This document shows, one piece after another, positions 9,743 to 19,299 of a stretch of DNA of 60,224 nt. A program made the translations under genes and the position numbers. The stretch is from positions 1-60,224 of the forward strand of contig JBHPFF010000002.1 in the NCBI GenBank assembly GCA_042572165.1, written 5' to 3'. Numbering within the stretch: the first letter of the stretch is position 1; each line of letters starts with the position of its first letter. The stretch comes from Candidatus Latescibacterota bacterium. Lineage in GTDB: Bacteria; Latescibacterota; Latescibacteria; Latescibacterales; Latescibacteraceae. The notes under the pieces are model-generated. The model had not been told where the DNA came from. It saw nothing but the letters and a program-made list of their open reading frames with translations, and searched no databases.

Positions 9743-10650
9743 TTATGTTGTTAAAACTTTCTTTGCTTTATCGTCGAGGACATTTGTTATGAAAGGAATC
9801 TTTGTTTCTTTTTCTGTTTCCCTGTTTGCTGAGAACAGATCAGACCTCATCATTTCGTTAATTGAGAATTTTCTTGCTCCAGCCATTAACTGCTGAAGAC
9901 CGGCTCCCAGCTTATCAGCCAATGTCCAGAAGGTAATGGCTCCAAAGGGTATATTTTTCATTTCACCGGCACCGACTCTTTTTTGTGCGGCATAATACCC
10001 CTCAAATATATTTTCGGGATGGACACCGAATTAAGAAATGGATTTAGGCAACTCGTCCCAGTTTCTATTAACCTTTTCACGGTTTTCCGGTTTTAACACA
10101 CCCTCGATATTTGAACCCAGATACCCGGGGATCATCATCGATCTTCCCAGGCACACTAATTTTGTAAATGGTCTTCCCAGCGCTATAGCCTAGAAGATAT
10201 GGTCTTCCCTGGTAAGACCGCCGGCAAATGCCATATCAATTACATTTTCACCTTTTTCAGCAAGTATCGAGGCATACTCATAGGCTTTCGAATGTAAGAG
10301 AATTGACGGGACACCCCAGCTTTCCATCATATTCCAGGGGCTCATTCCGGTACCGCCTCCGGAACCGTCTATTGTCAGGAGATCAAGTTTGACCTCCGAA
10401 GCATATTTTATTGACATTGCCAAGGCTTCCATTCCATAGGATCCTGTCTTTAATGAAATCTTTTTATATCCCAATTCCCTCAAATACTTGACTTCTTTAA
10501 TGAAATCTTCTCTTACATGTTCTGGTGATAAGAGGTCAGTATATCCAAGCCTGCTGTGACGTGCAAAAGCTTTTATGGCTCCAGGGGTTTATTGGCATCA
10601 AGCAATATACGTAATATAGCCAATCGTTTTTTCTCAATTTTTTCAATCAT
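9743..10650 (-). pseudogene. Decayed FMN-dependent glutamate-synthase-related gene (GltB domain-2 type): 5'-truncated, one frameshift, two in-frame stops
   Basis: One continuous minus-strand frame reads ...ARHSRLGYTDLLSPEHV...IDGSGGGTGMSPW...AGGLTREDHIF*AIALGRPF...KSIS*FGVHPEN... It is interrupted by TAG (10190-10192) and TAA (10031-10033). The N-terminal ~half of the family is missing. A short out-of-frame ORF, MIEKIEKKRLAILRILLDANKPLEP, sits at the 5' end. Confidence 0.7.
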
Positions 10651-10933
10651 AACTTAAATCATATCAAAATATTTTATCGTTCGTTATAAGATTATTTTAG
10701 CAAAAATAGCAAAAATATGTGAAATTTCATAGATATTTTCTTTTTTCAAATCTAAGTTCGTTAAATCACTCTGAAAAAATTACGATCTCTTACAGTCACT
10801 ATTAAAAATACTATAAATTCATATCTCCTGTGACAATTAATGCTTGACTTAATCATTGCAAGTCTGTTTCATTTGTTTTCATTACTGCAGGCATAAATCT
10901 ATTGTCACAACAGTTAAAAGGAGGAACTAAGTA

Positions 10934-12022
10934 ATGGCTCGAACAATGATCCTGACCATTGTATGTGCATTCATCACATTTTCCCAGAGCCTTGCTCTGG
11001 AGCGTCCGGATGTCGAATTCAAGATATTCCAGTTCCCGCCGAACATGATTCCCCGGATTGACGGTAATACCGATGACTGGAATATCGTCCCGGATGATTA
11101 TATTATCGGCACAGACCAGCTTACCGACGAATCCGGAAGGAGACCTAAAGGGCAAAAACCTGATCCGAAAAGTCTCGATGTGAAGGTTCGTGTCGGCTGG
11201 GTAAAAGGATTGAACCGTCTCTATTTCCTTTATGAGGCGTATGATGATTACTGGGATATGTATTACAGGCGCGGTGATATTTTCGAACTCGTTGTTGATG
11301 GAGACCTCTCAGGAGGCGATATCATCCACAGTCCCCATCTCAAGGGTCTGGAGAGCTATTTCAGATACCAGGGTGTTCTTGGACAGAATTACCATATATT
11401 TACACCGCCCGGTGAAGGACGCGACTGGGCATTTATCTGGGGCTGCCAGACCTGGATTAACGACCTCCCGTGGGCAAACCATGCCTACAATTACGATTTT
11501 AAAGAGGGTGAAAGCGGTAATCTTGTGCTTGAATTCTGGATTACTCCATTTGATTACGCTCCCTACGATGGTCCCGAACGAGCGGTGGTTTCCAAACTCG
11601 TCGAGGACACCATTGTCGGCTTGAATTGGGTAATAATAGATTATGATGCCGGCCGTGATCACTCGAATATCAATGATGATGATGGTTTCTTTAGCCTTTC
11701 TCAGCACCCGAGGGCGTATTGTGACGCTGATGCTGCGGTTGCCTTCCGGCTGATGCCGCTTTTGGAGAAATTCCGTAAATCCATCGAGGCTGAATGGTCG
11801 TTTAAAGTTCTTGATATGGACCGCCGCCTCGTTGCCTTCCAGGATGAATCCTATGGCGAGATAACCTCGTGGTTATGGGATTTTGACGACGGGACCAAGT
11901 CTGGGGAACAGCATCCTGTTCACACGTATACAAGACGCGGCGAATTTGTGGTTACACTTACTGTGGAGGGCCTGGCAGGCAAAGCCAGGAGAATAAAGGT
12001 CAGGGATGTAGCGGTTAAGTGA
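10934..12022 (+). CDS. Secreted protein with a CBM9/DOMON-like domain and a C-terminal PKD domain
   Basis: AAAGGAGG RBS and a signal peptide. IDGNTDDWNIVP...RLYFLYEAYDDYW...ELVVDGDLSGG matches the CBM9-like pattern. C-terminal WDFDDGTKSGEQHPVHTYTRRGEFVVTLTV is a PKD signature. Confidence 0.65.
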   Translation: MARTMILTIVCAFITFSQSLALERPDVEFKIFQFPPNMIPRIDGNTDDWNIVPDDYIIGTDQLTDESGRRPKGQKPDPKSLDVKVRVGWVKGLNRLYFLYEAYDDYWDMYYRRGDIFELVVDGDLSGGDIIHSPHLKGLESYFRYQGVLGQNYHIFTPPGEGRDWAFIWGCQTWINDLPWANHAYNYDFKEGESGNLVLEFWITPFDYAPYDGPERAVVSKLVEDTIVGLNWVIIDYDAGRDHSNINDDDGFFSLSQHPRAYCDADAAVAFRLMPLLEKFRKSIEAEWSFKVLDMDRRLVAFQDESYGEITSWLWDFDDGTKSGEQHPVHTYTRRGEFVVTLTVEGLAGKARRIKVRDVAVK

Positions 12023-12048
12023 AATTTTTATGTACGGCGATTTGGTAT

Positions 12049-12081
12049 AAAGGCACAGCAACGGTAAGCTGTGCCTTTTTA
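12049..12081. terminator. Bidirectional rho-independent terminator between convergent genes
   Basis: 11-bp stem AAAGGCACAGC/GCTGTGCCTTT with an 8-nt loop and a T-run on the + strand. The A-run on the 5' side gives a U-run for the minus strand. Confidence 0.6.
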
Positions 12082-12121
12082 TGTGATGATCGAAGGTTTG
12101 GAAATAATTGATGGAAATGAA

Positions 12122-13579
12122 CTATGGTTTGAAGACTGAAAGTTCCGTCCATTCTCCGATATTTGCTCCTCCTTCGAGTTCGGTGTGATTTACGCTCACT
12201 CTGCCGACACGAATTTCATTTCCATCGTCATCATGGTAGCTGTAGCCGTTCTGGTGGATTATGTAATGAATACCGTTGACCTTACCAAGATAAAGAACAA
12301 CATGCCAGTCAAAACCGCAAACAGTGATACCTGGAGGACAGGTATCGAGATACCTGTGTTTTTCCTCTTTGGGTGTATCAGCTGTGAATGCTGTTACGTG
12401 GTCGGTTGAATACAGCTCATACGTAGTCATTCGCGGCATATTGATTCCAAAAGTTCTGAATACCGCCCTGATAGTACCGACACAATCACGTTCGTGCTCA
12501 GTTCCTCCCCAGGCATATGGGCGATTGAGAAGTTTGAAAATTGTTGTGATTACATTACGCTGGGTGAATGTTTGGAATCCTGTGCTTACTTCAGCATCAG
12601 GTTTGAGCCATCCGGTGACAGCCTTGAGAGTACCATCCGCCATACGCCAGGGAAGAAGAACCTTGTATCCATCAACAGTTTTTTCCGTTAACCTGAGCTT
12701 TGAGCCCATGTATAAATTCCTTATCCACATTGTACAGTTCCTGTCTGAGTAAACCGGTACTTTATGAGTGATTGAAACTATAAAATCTGTCTGATCGGAA
12801 AGTTTCCTTATCTGGTCTGTTGTGCCAATTGCAACATGATCGGTGGGAATCCAGCCGTAAGCATATTCACTTTTAACATAAAACCAGCTGCCGTCAGCGG
12901 ACCGGTGGAGAACTGCAACAGGCATACCGGTTTCAAACACTGCATTCTGGAACATATCGAGCCAACCGTATTGTGATGTGTAAACACGGTCATGTGTCGG
13001 AACATAACGGTTAAGTGTATGTTTAACAACAATGCCATATTGCGGATTGACTGTTGGAGGAACAGATTTTTCGTTAATTGTTGCAATAAGCTCCTGTTTT
13101 GTCTGTTCGGGATAGGGAATATGCCGTCTATCCCAGAAATTCCCGTCTTTTATGTAATTACTTGATTTTTGAAACCAAGCGCGGAGACTGTCGCCGGGAA
13201 ATGATTGAAGTGTTAAAGGATCAGCTATATTAAAGAAAATTCGGGAGAAATTGGCCTGATCGAGAATCGGTGGAAACGGGATCACAGTTCCATCCACAAG
13301 AGTTTTTTGCGGGAGTCTGGTACGGTTTTTATTATTAAGGTTTTTAATCTGTTTTTGAGTCATGATTACACGGTCGGGATCCCCCTGAATACGTGATATC
13401 CAGAATTCAGGATACTGCATCTCTTTCGTTGCCGGAGGTACAATATCAGGGGCGGCTGATAATTTTGATTGATTCTGTGCAAATGAGGAACCGGTCGTTG
13501 AGATAACATTAAAAACAATCATAATAAAAAGAATAATTATCAGATAGTGTCTTTTTTCATTATTATCTGAAGATTTCAC
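12122..13579 (-). CDS. Secreted SH3b + NlpC/P60 (C40) cell-wall peptidase, YkfC-like
   Basis: Signal/anchor segment. RPYAWGGTEHERDCVGTIRAVF supplies the catalytic Cys context. Downstream HVVLYLG and IIHQNG supply the His residues. Confidence 0.7.
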   Translation of the reverse strand: MKSSDNNEKRHYLIIILFIMIVFNVISTTGSSFAQNQSKLSAAPDIVPPATKEMQYPEFWISRIQGDPDRVIMTQKQIKNLNNKNRTRLPQKTLVDGTVIPFPPILDQANFSRIFFNIADPLTLQSFPGDSLRAWFQKSSNYIKDGNFWDRRHIPYPEQTKQELIATINEKSVPPTVNPQYGIVVKHTLNRYVPTHDRVYTSQYGWLDMFQNAVFETGMPVAVLHRSADGSWFYVKSEYAYGWIPTDHVAIGTTDQIRKLSDQTDFIVSITHKVPVYSDRNCTMWIRNLYMGSKLRLTEKTVDGYKVLLPWRMADGTLKAVTGWLKPDAEVSTGFQTFTQRNVITTIFKLLNRPYAWGGTEHERDCVGTIRAVFRTFGINMPRMTTYELYSTDHVTAFTADTPKEEKHRYLDTCPPGITVCGFDWHVVLYLGKVNGIHYIIHQNGYSYHDDDGNEIRVGRVSVNHTELEGGANIGEWTELSVFKP

Positions 13580-13707
13580 TAGATTCCTCCTTTTGAGTAA
13601 GTAATTACATTTATAAGTAATGTTTACTAAATGAGATTACTGTAGTTTGATTGCTCAGGAAATTTAAACGTTATTTTTCATGTTTAATAAGGATAATGGG
13701 AGCTAAG

Positions 13708-14859
13708 TTATTTGATTTTTATAACGATATCCCGTGATCTGTCAGCGCCGTGTTCCTGCAGGGTAATGCTGTCCTCCGTGCTGATTATATCCGCAACTCC
13801 CCTGTAGTCAACTGGAATTTTTGCAAGAAATGCGGTATAGGCTTTGACTATGGTTTCTCCTGTATCGATGTACTCAAATACCGGATGGTCAAATATACTA
13901 CCCTTGGCAAGAATGTCAGCAAAAGGGCGAGGCATAGCAGTGGTGCCGAATTCGAGCCCGCGTGCAAAAGGTTTGTCTTTTACTGCATGACGCCAGATCC
14001 TGAGCCAGGGATAATCTGATAATTCCCAGATGTAGCCGATTAAAAGCTCCTTGCCGGGATTGCATGCTGTAACCCAGCCGGATGTATCATCATCCGAAAA
14101 AACAAACGAAACGACACCCGGATTTTGATTATCTTCAAGAAATCTTAAATCGACAAGTTTTCCCCTGTAAACAATTTGGGGCCAGTAAACGACCGGTTCC
14201 TCGATGTTAGGCATTGGATTACCGGCCCAAAATCCCTTTTTTGCATTTGAATCTACCATAACGGTTTCATCAAGGAATGGCGGCGCTATGGATGGGTGCT
14301 GAACTATATTATACACTCTCCCCAGTTTATTAATATTTGTAATTTCCTCACGTACAGTGAAGACGGGAGCATTTTCATAGAGATTTATCGTACGTTTCAA
14401 TTGCATTCCGGCTATAGGGAGTTCGCATGACATTCCGGCACTGATAATACCTTCCTTGAGAACCGGTTGTGAGAGAAGCTTCCAGAGAACCTTTGAGGAT
14501 TCACCGTGATTTGTCATTCCGTTGCGGGCTTCTGTCTTTGAGGAGCGTCCCAGACGGTCGAAACATATAAAATGACCCATACTTCGAGGTTTAAGATCGC
14601 CGATTTCAGGATAATTCCAGGTGAGGGGATTGAATCCCTGATCCAGAAAATGAAAGTCAACTATTGATCCACCGCCAAGATCAATGACAACCTTTGTTTT
14701 TTTCCCTTCAAGTTGAATAACACTCCTGCCCTCAATTCCTGTTTCAGACCATGAAACAGACGAGAGTGAAATCAGAAGAAAAGTAAAAACAGCAGCTATT
14801 ATTTTCATTTGTTTTCTCCAAATTACATGTTTTTTTGTGATATTTTTTATTTTATTCAA
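13708..14859 (-). CDS. Secreted hypothetical protein, possibly galactose-mutarotase-like fold; function unknown
   Basis: Long ORF with the leader MKIIAAVFTFLLISLSSVSWS. An alternative start at nt 14808 is likely. I saw no diagnostic motif, so the fold suggestion is weak. Confidence 0.55.
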   Translation of the reverse strand: MNKIKNITKKHVIWRKQMKIIAAVFTFLLISLSSVSWSETGIEGRSVIQLEGKKTKVVIDLGGGSIVDFHFLDQGFNPLTWNYPEIGDLKPRSMGHFICFDRLGRSSKTEARNGMTNHGESSKVLWKLLSQPVLKEGIISAGMSCELPIAGMQLKRTINLYENAPVFTVREEITNINKLGRVYNIVQHPSIAPPFLDETVMVDSNAKKGFWAGNPMPNIEEPVVYWPQIVYRGKLVDLRFLEDNQNPGVVSFVFSDDDTSGWVTACNPGKELLIGYIWELSDYPWLRIWRHAVKDKPFARGLEFGTTAMPRPFADILAKGSIFDHPVFEYIDTGETIVKAYTAFLAKIPVDYRGVADIISTEDSITLQEHGADRSRDIVIKIK

Positions 14860-15060
14860 ATCTACTATTCCAGGATCAAATTTGCAGTAATAAATAATAT
14901 TCTCCTTGACATTAATTGAAGAATCTCATATTCAATAAATAAAAATATTTTATCATTTACAACAATTTTTCATATTTAATAAGGTATATTCCCATGAATA
15001 CAGATAAAACTCCGAGTAGAAATAACATAACTGAATTCATGTAACCAGAAAGGCAGAAAA

Positions 15061-16749
15061 ATGTGTAAAAAAACACTGTTTGTTTGTGTTGTATTATTTG
15101 TAATTCCGTTTGTTGTTACTGCTCAGAAACCGGGCCCTTATCATCATCTCGATCCAAAACCGTATGATCCGAAAGTGGATGTGAATACTGAAATGTTTAT
15201 TTCACACTGGGAACTTTCCATGCCACGGCATTCTCATGGATCACTCGTGGAGCGGGATATTTTTACACAATGCGGAGATGATCCTTTAAAACCCACAAAA
15301 AAAGGCGGAGTGCTGACTGAGATCAAACGTTTCAGTCATGCCTCCCTTGATACCGGTGCATCTACCGCCCCGACTACCCTTAAAGACGAACAGGAAATAT
15401 TTTATATTGATTCGGGAAAGGGAAGGATCAAAGCCGGTAAAAAAACCGCTGATCTCTACGGTGGCGTAGGAGTTCTCATGCCTCCGGGAATTGAATTCAC
15501 AATGACTAATACGGGTGATGAACCATTAACCATGTACGTTATTGTGGAACCGATTCCCGATGGATTCAACTCGAACAAAGAAATGCTTGTGAGAGACGAG
15601 AATATTATCCCTATAGGCGGCACAACCGGCCACTGGTCACACATCAGCACAAGGCTTTTCGTGAAAGAAGACGGACTTGCTGTTATCACGGGGATGGCTC
15701 CGGTATGGTATGATCCCATGACGATGGGACAGCCGCACAGCCATGGTGAGGGTGTTGAGGAAATCTGGTTTGCGCTGAGGGGTGACATAACTCTCCTTCT
15801 CGGGAAACGTATTACCAAGCTGCTTCCGGGATCGGGATACAAGATCCCGTCCAACGGCAAAACTCCTCATTCGAATATTAATTTAACGGACGAGCCAATC
15901 AAGCTGTTCTGGTTTATGAAATCCGTTCCCGGTGGTAAAGTTGTCCCTTATGCCAACCTCGATCCGAAACCGTACGACCCGAAAACCGAGGTTGATATGG
16001 ATATGTTTATTTCAAGCTGGAAGGAATCCATGCCGAAAAAAGAACTTGGTTCAATAATCGTGAGGGATATTTTCACCAGAGCAGAAGATGATCCGTTACG
16101 CCCCTACACACGCGGAGCTGTGCTGAATTACCTTACCGGTTACACACATGGAACGCTTTATCCGCATTTATCGACAACACCATCAGCACTCAAGGGCGAG
16201 CAGAAAGTATTTTACATATGTTCAGGGAAAGGCACAGTATCTGCCGGGGGTAAAACCGCCGATCTTCACGAGGGTGTCGGAGTACTCATGCCGGCGAACC
16301 TCGAGTTCGTCATAAAAAATACCTGCGATGAACCACTGAACATGTACATTATTACCGAGCCGATCCCGGATGGTTTCCAGCCGAGAAAGGATATGCTTGT
16401 AAAAGATGAGAAAACTATCCCTATAAGCGGCACAACGGGGCACTGGGCAAACATTACAAAAAGAATGTTCGGAAGAGATGATGGGCTTGCGATGATACTG
16501 GGAATGTCGCCTGTCTGGCTGGCGCCTATGACTATGGCACAACCGCATGCCAGCGATCCGGTTGGAGTTGATGTGCTCTGGGTTGCTCTAAAGGGGGATA
16601 TAACGACATTACTTGGCAAGGAACTCCGTAAAATGCCCCCCGGTTCGGCATTCAAAAATCCGGGAGATGGCAGGGTTTATCATGCCAATATCAATGTAAC
16701 GAATGAACCTATAAAGCTTTTCTGGACAAGGACAATCGCACCGGAATAA
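15061..16749 (+). CDS. Secreted tandem bicupin (two fused bicupin modules, four predicted barrels)
   Basis: Sec leader. Module 1 starts at LDPKPYDPKVD (nt ~15148) and has PHSHGEGVEEIW (15736-15768). Module 2 starts at LDPKPYDPKTE (nt ~15958) and has PHASDPVGVDVLW (16546-16581). Confidence 0.75.
   Translation: MCKKTLFVCVVLFVIPFVVTAQKPGPYHHLDPKPYDPKVDVNTEMFISHWELSMPRHSHGSLVERDIFTQCGDDPLKPTKKGGVLTEIKRFSHASLDTGASTAPTTLKDEQEIFYIDSGKGRIKAGKKTADLYGGVGVLMPPGIEFTMTNTGDEPLTMYVIVEPIPDGFNSNKEMLVRDENIIPIGGTTGHWSHISTRLFVKEDGLAVITGMAPVWYDPMTMGQPHSHGEGVEEIWFALRGDITLLLGKRITKLLPGSGYKIPSNGKTPHSNINLTDEPIKLFWFMKSVPGGKVVPYANLDPKPYDPKTEVDMDMFISSWKESMPKKELGSIIVRDIFTRAEDDPLRPYTRGAVLNYLTGYTHGTLYPHLSTTPSALKGEQKVFYICSGKGTVSAGGKTADLHEGVGVLMPANLEFVIKNTCDEPLNMYIITEPIPDGFQPRKDMLVKDEKTIPISGTTGHWANITKRMFGRDDGLAMILGMSPVWLAPMTMAQPHASDPVGVDVLWVALKGDITTLLGKELRKMPPGSAFKNPGDGRVYHANINVTNEPIKLFWTRTIAPE
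15148..16746 (+). repeat. Intragenic tandem duplication of a ~810-nt bicupin module
   Basis: The two halves align residue by residue (LDPKPYDPK..., RDIFT, DDPL.P, GEQ.(I/V)FY, LMP, EPIPDGF, GTTGHW, DGLA, MT(M)xQPH, IKLFW). DNA similarity is visible, for example at 15151-15210 versus 15961-16020. Confidence 0.8.
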
Positions 16750-16820
16750 CAGTGTGATTGATGTGAGAAAATACAAAGATATTAAGTGAGAACCTCTGGC
16801 GGTATTAAAGGGGGAAAGTG

Positions 16821-17909
16821 CTATTGTCGGGCTTTTTTGGCATCTTCATATATCCAAGCACGCGTCTGGTCAATATGTTCGTACAGTTTATATTTTACGA
16901 TGTGTTTTCTGTAATCGGGACCGACAATTTTTATCTTTGACAGGTTATCTTCCCCAATTCCGGCTTCTCCGCACCAGGTCAGGTATTTTACCTCGTTGTA
17001 GTCAACACCCATTAATTCAACTCCCAGGCGGTCAGCGGCAAGCCAGTCTGTGCTGGCAAGGGCGACACCTTGGTATATCGGTGTACCGTGCCACGGTCCG
17101 TTTCCCTCTATACCCTCTACTCCATCGAGGACCGCAAGATCGGGCTGTACACTCATTGTTGCCAGCAGGAACATGTTATAGCTGAGACCCCTGTTATCGC
17201 CTGAATGCATTTTTGCCTTCTCGTTTTTATCCTTTGCTGTTGATTTATAGTGATGTACGGGTGAGCCCATAGTCATGTTCTTAAGTGATAGCGTAACTAT
17301 GACACTTGAGTGCGTTTTAAGGCGTGTTGCAGATATCATATATATATTCGGATCAAGGAAGGAAGCAGTAATGTTGATTTTCAGCGGATGACCAGTAGCG
17401 TCCAGTATCCATCTTGGAGTAAAAGGAAGATCGTTATTATCAATGAATTCAATGTTATATTCTTTTAATAAGGGGAGGTAATCAATTTTTTCGAATTCAA
17501 CTAAAATGTTGACCGGCTTGTTGGCAGTGCCCTCAGCGATAATAACTTTCCTGTCATAGACAGGCTTGAGGAAATCAAGGACTCCTCTGAGCTGGTTTAC
17601 ATCGGTGCCGCATCTCGGAAATTCCTCTAAAACCTCCCCGACGTTTGCTTTGATAACAACCTGTTTGTTACCGATGGCATTTACAATCTCTTTTTCCAAT
17701 GGTTTCAGGGCACGGTAAGTGGCATCGCGTGTATCTGTACCTGTAACAAAGGATACCCGGCTGTCTTTTGTGCCGTACCTTCCCATGGAGGATGATTTGC
17801 CCGGCTGGTAGAGAGAACCAGATAACAGACCCGAAGTGCCTGCGGTCATTTGTTTTAAGAATCTGCGGCGTCCTGTAATTTTCTTGTGTGAACTGGAATT
17901 TTTTTCCAT
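16821..17909 (-). CDS. Tat-signal DUF362 domain protein (paralog A)
   Basis: Leader GRRRFLKQMTAGTSG. Motifs VVIKANVG, VIIAEGT, ISATRLKTHSSVIVTLSLKN, LDGVEGIEGNGPWHGTP and ALASTDWLAADR. Confidence 0.7.
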   Translation of the reverse strand: MEKNSSSHKKITGRRRFLKQMTAGTSGLLSGSLYQPGKSSSMGRYGTKDSRVSFVTGTDTRDATYRALKPLEKEIVNAIGNKQVVIKANVGEVLEEFPRCGTDVNQLRGVLDFLKPVYDRKVIIAEGTANKPVNILVEFEKIDYLPLLKEYNIEFIDNNDLPFTPRWILDATGHPLKINITASFLDPNIYMISATRLKTHSSVIVTLSLKNMTMGSPVHHYKSTAKDKNEKAKMHSGDNRGLSYNMFLLATMSVQPDLAVLDGVEGIEGNGPWHGTPIYQGVALASTDWLAADRLGVELMGVDYNEVKYLTWCGEAGIGEDNLSKIKIVGPDYRKHIVKYKLYEHIDQTRAWIYEDAKKARQ

Positions 17910-17956
17910 TGTAGTTTTCCTGTTAATGAACAGCTCTATTAAAGAAAAATAAAAGG

Positions 17957-19060
17957 CTATTTTTCAGCTTTTTCCATGTCTTCATATATCCATGCCCGCT
18001 GCTGTTCGATATTTTTAGGCAGTTTGTATTTTTTAATATGTTTTTTATAGTCCGGACCGTTAATTTTTATCTTTGACAGGTCATCTTCTCCCATACCAGC
18101 CTCGCCGCACCAGACCAGGTATTTCAACTCACTGTAATCATGCCCCATTAATTCTACTGCCAGGCGGTCTGCGGCAAGCCAGTCCGTACTCGCAAGCGCA
18201 ACACCATGTTCGATAGGTGTTCCCCTGACAGGGCCGTTGCCCTCCATGCCGACCACGCCGTCAAGAACAGCAAGATCGGGCTGTATGCCCATCGTGGCGA
18301 GGAGAAATATATTATAGCTCTGACCACGTCTTCCCCAGGCATGCATTATCTGCTTTTCGTTCCTGCCTTCAGCTTTTTTTTGTTTGTAGTGATTGATGGG
18401 TGAACCCATCGCTATATTCTTGAGAGAAAGAGTGGCGATGACACCGCCCGAATTTTTCAGGCGGGTTGCTGATATCATGTAAACATTCGGGTCGAGATAG
18501 ATATCGATCAGATTGATGGGCATGGGATGGCGATTCGGAGCCTGGATGAATTTTTTTATAGTTGGATGGTCATTGAGATCGATGAATTTAACATTGTATT
18601 CTTTTTTCAGAGGCAGATAACCGTAATTTTCGTAACCGATAAAGGTATTTATGAATCCTTGTGGTGTCGGCGCTGCGGCTGTACCTTCAGCAATTATTAC
18701 CTGTCTGTCATAAATCGGTTTGAGAAAATCGAGAATTCCGCGAAGTTGATCCGGGTCGCTTGCGTTCAACCACCACTCTTTTGCAATCTGACCCACATTG
18801 GGTTTAATGACAACCTGCCTGTCACCAATGGCTTTTTCAATCTCTTTTTCAAAAGGTTTCAGGGATTGGTAAGTAACCTCACGGTGATCGGTTCCTGTAA
18901 CAAATGAAACCCGGCTTGTTTTTCGAGATAGAATATTTGCGTGTGAAGATTCAGGTTGATAAAGACCATAAAGCGCCATTCCTGCGGCGCCGGCAGACAT
19001 TTGGTGTAAAAATCTGCGACGGTCACCTACTTCAGGATGTGAATATGTTTTATTTTCCAT
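17957..19060 (-). CDS. Tat-signal DUF362 domain protein (paralog B, in tandem with A)
   Basis: Leader DRRRFLHQMSAGAAG. It has the same motif set as paralog A and is about two-thirds identical by eye. A 47-nt spacer separates it from A. Confidence 0.7.
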   Translation of the reverse strand: MENKTYSHPEVGDRRRFLHQMSAGAAGMALYGLYQPESSHANILSRKTSRVSFVTGTDHREVTYQSLKPFEKEIEKAIGDRQVVIKPNVGQIAKEWWLNASDPDQLRGILDFLKPIYDRQVIIAEGTAAAPTPQGFINTFIGYENYGYLPLKKEYNVKFIDLNDHPTIKKFIQAPNRHPMPINLIDIYLDPNVYMISATRLKNSGGVIATLSLKNIAMGSPINHYKQKKAEGRNEKQIMHAWGRRGQSYNIFLLATMGIQPDLAVLDGVVGMEGNGPVRGTPIEHGVALASTDWLAADRLAVELMGHDYSELKYLVWCGEAGMGEDDLSKIKINGPDYKKHIKKYKLPKNIEQQRAWIYEDMEKAEK

Positions 19061-19299
19061 ATTGCAAGTCCTCTATGATTTCCAGCTGTAACTGTTAATG
19101 CCTTATCGAAGTTATCCCTGAACAGTACAAAATGTTCAGAGAACTAATTGAATGCTTCATGGCTTATTTATAATATCACTGATTTTGCAATAAAATCAAT
19201 ATATATTCTTTTTTCCGGCTAAAGTTACGCATTTTTTCATTCAAATTACAAAAAGTTTAGTCTTTTTTACATAAAATAGTTCCATGGAATCCGAACTAT

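Noticed and set aside
10031-10192. The in-frame TAG and TAA in the glutamate-synthase-related frame as possible stop-codon recoding or readthrough.
   Set aside because: Two different stop codons are involved. The gene also lacks its N-terminal half and has a frameshift at the 5' junction. All other genes in the window terminate normally at TAA/TAG/TGA. Pseudogenisation is the simpler explanation.
10839-10909. TGTGACAAT ... ATTGTCACA inverted repeat upstream of the CBM9-PKD gene, reminiscent of CRP/FNR half-sites.
   Set aside because: The arms are ~53 nt apart, not the 6-nt spacing of a CRP/FNR box. It may form a leader hairpin, but I cannot support a regulatory call from one sequence.
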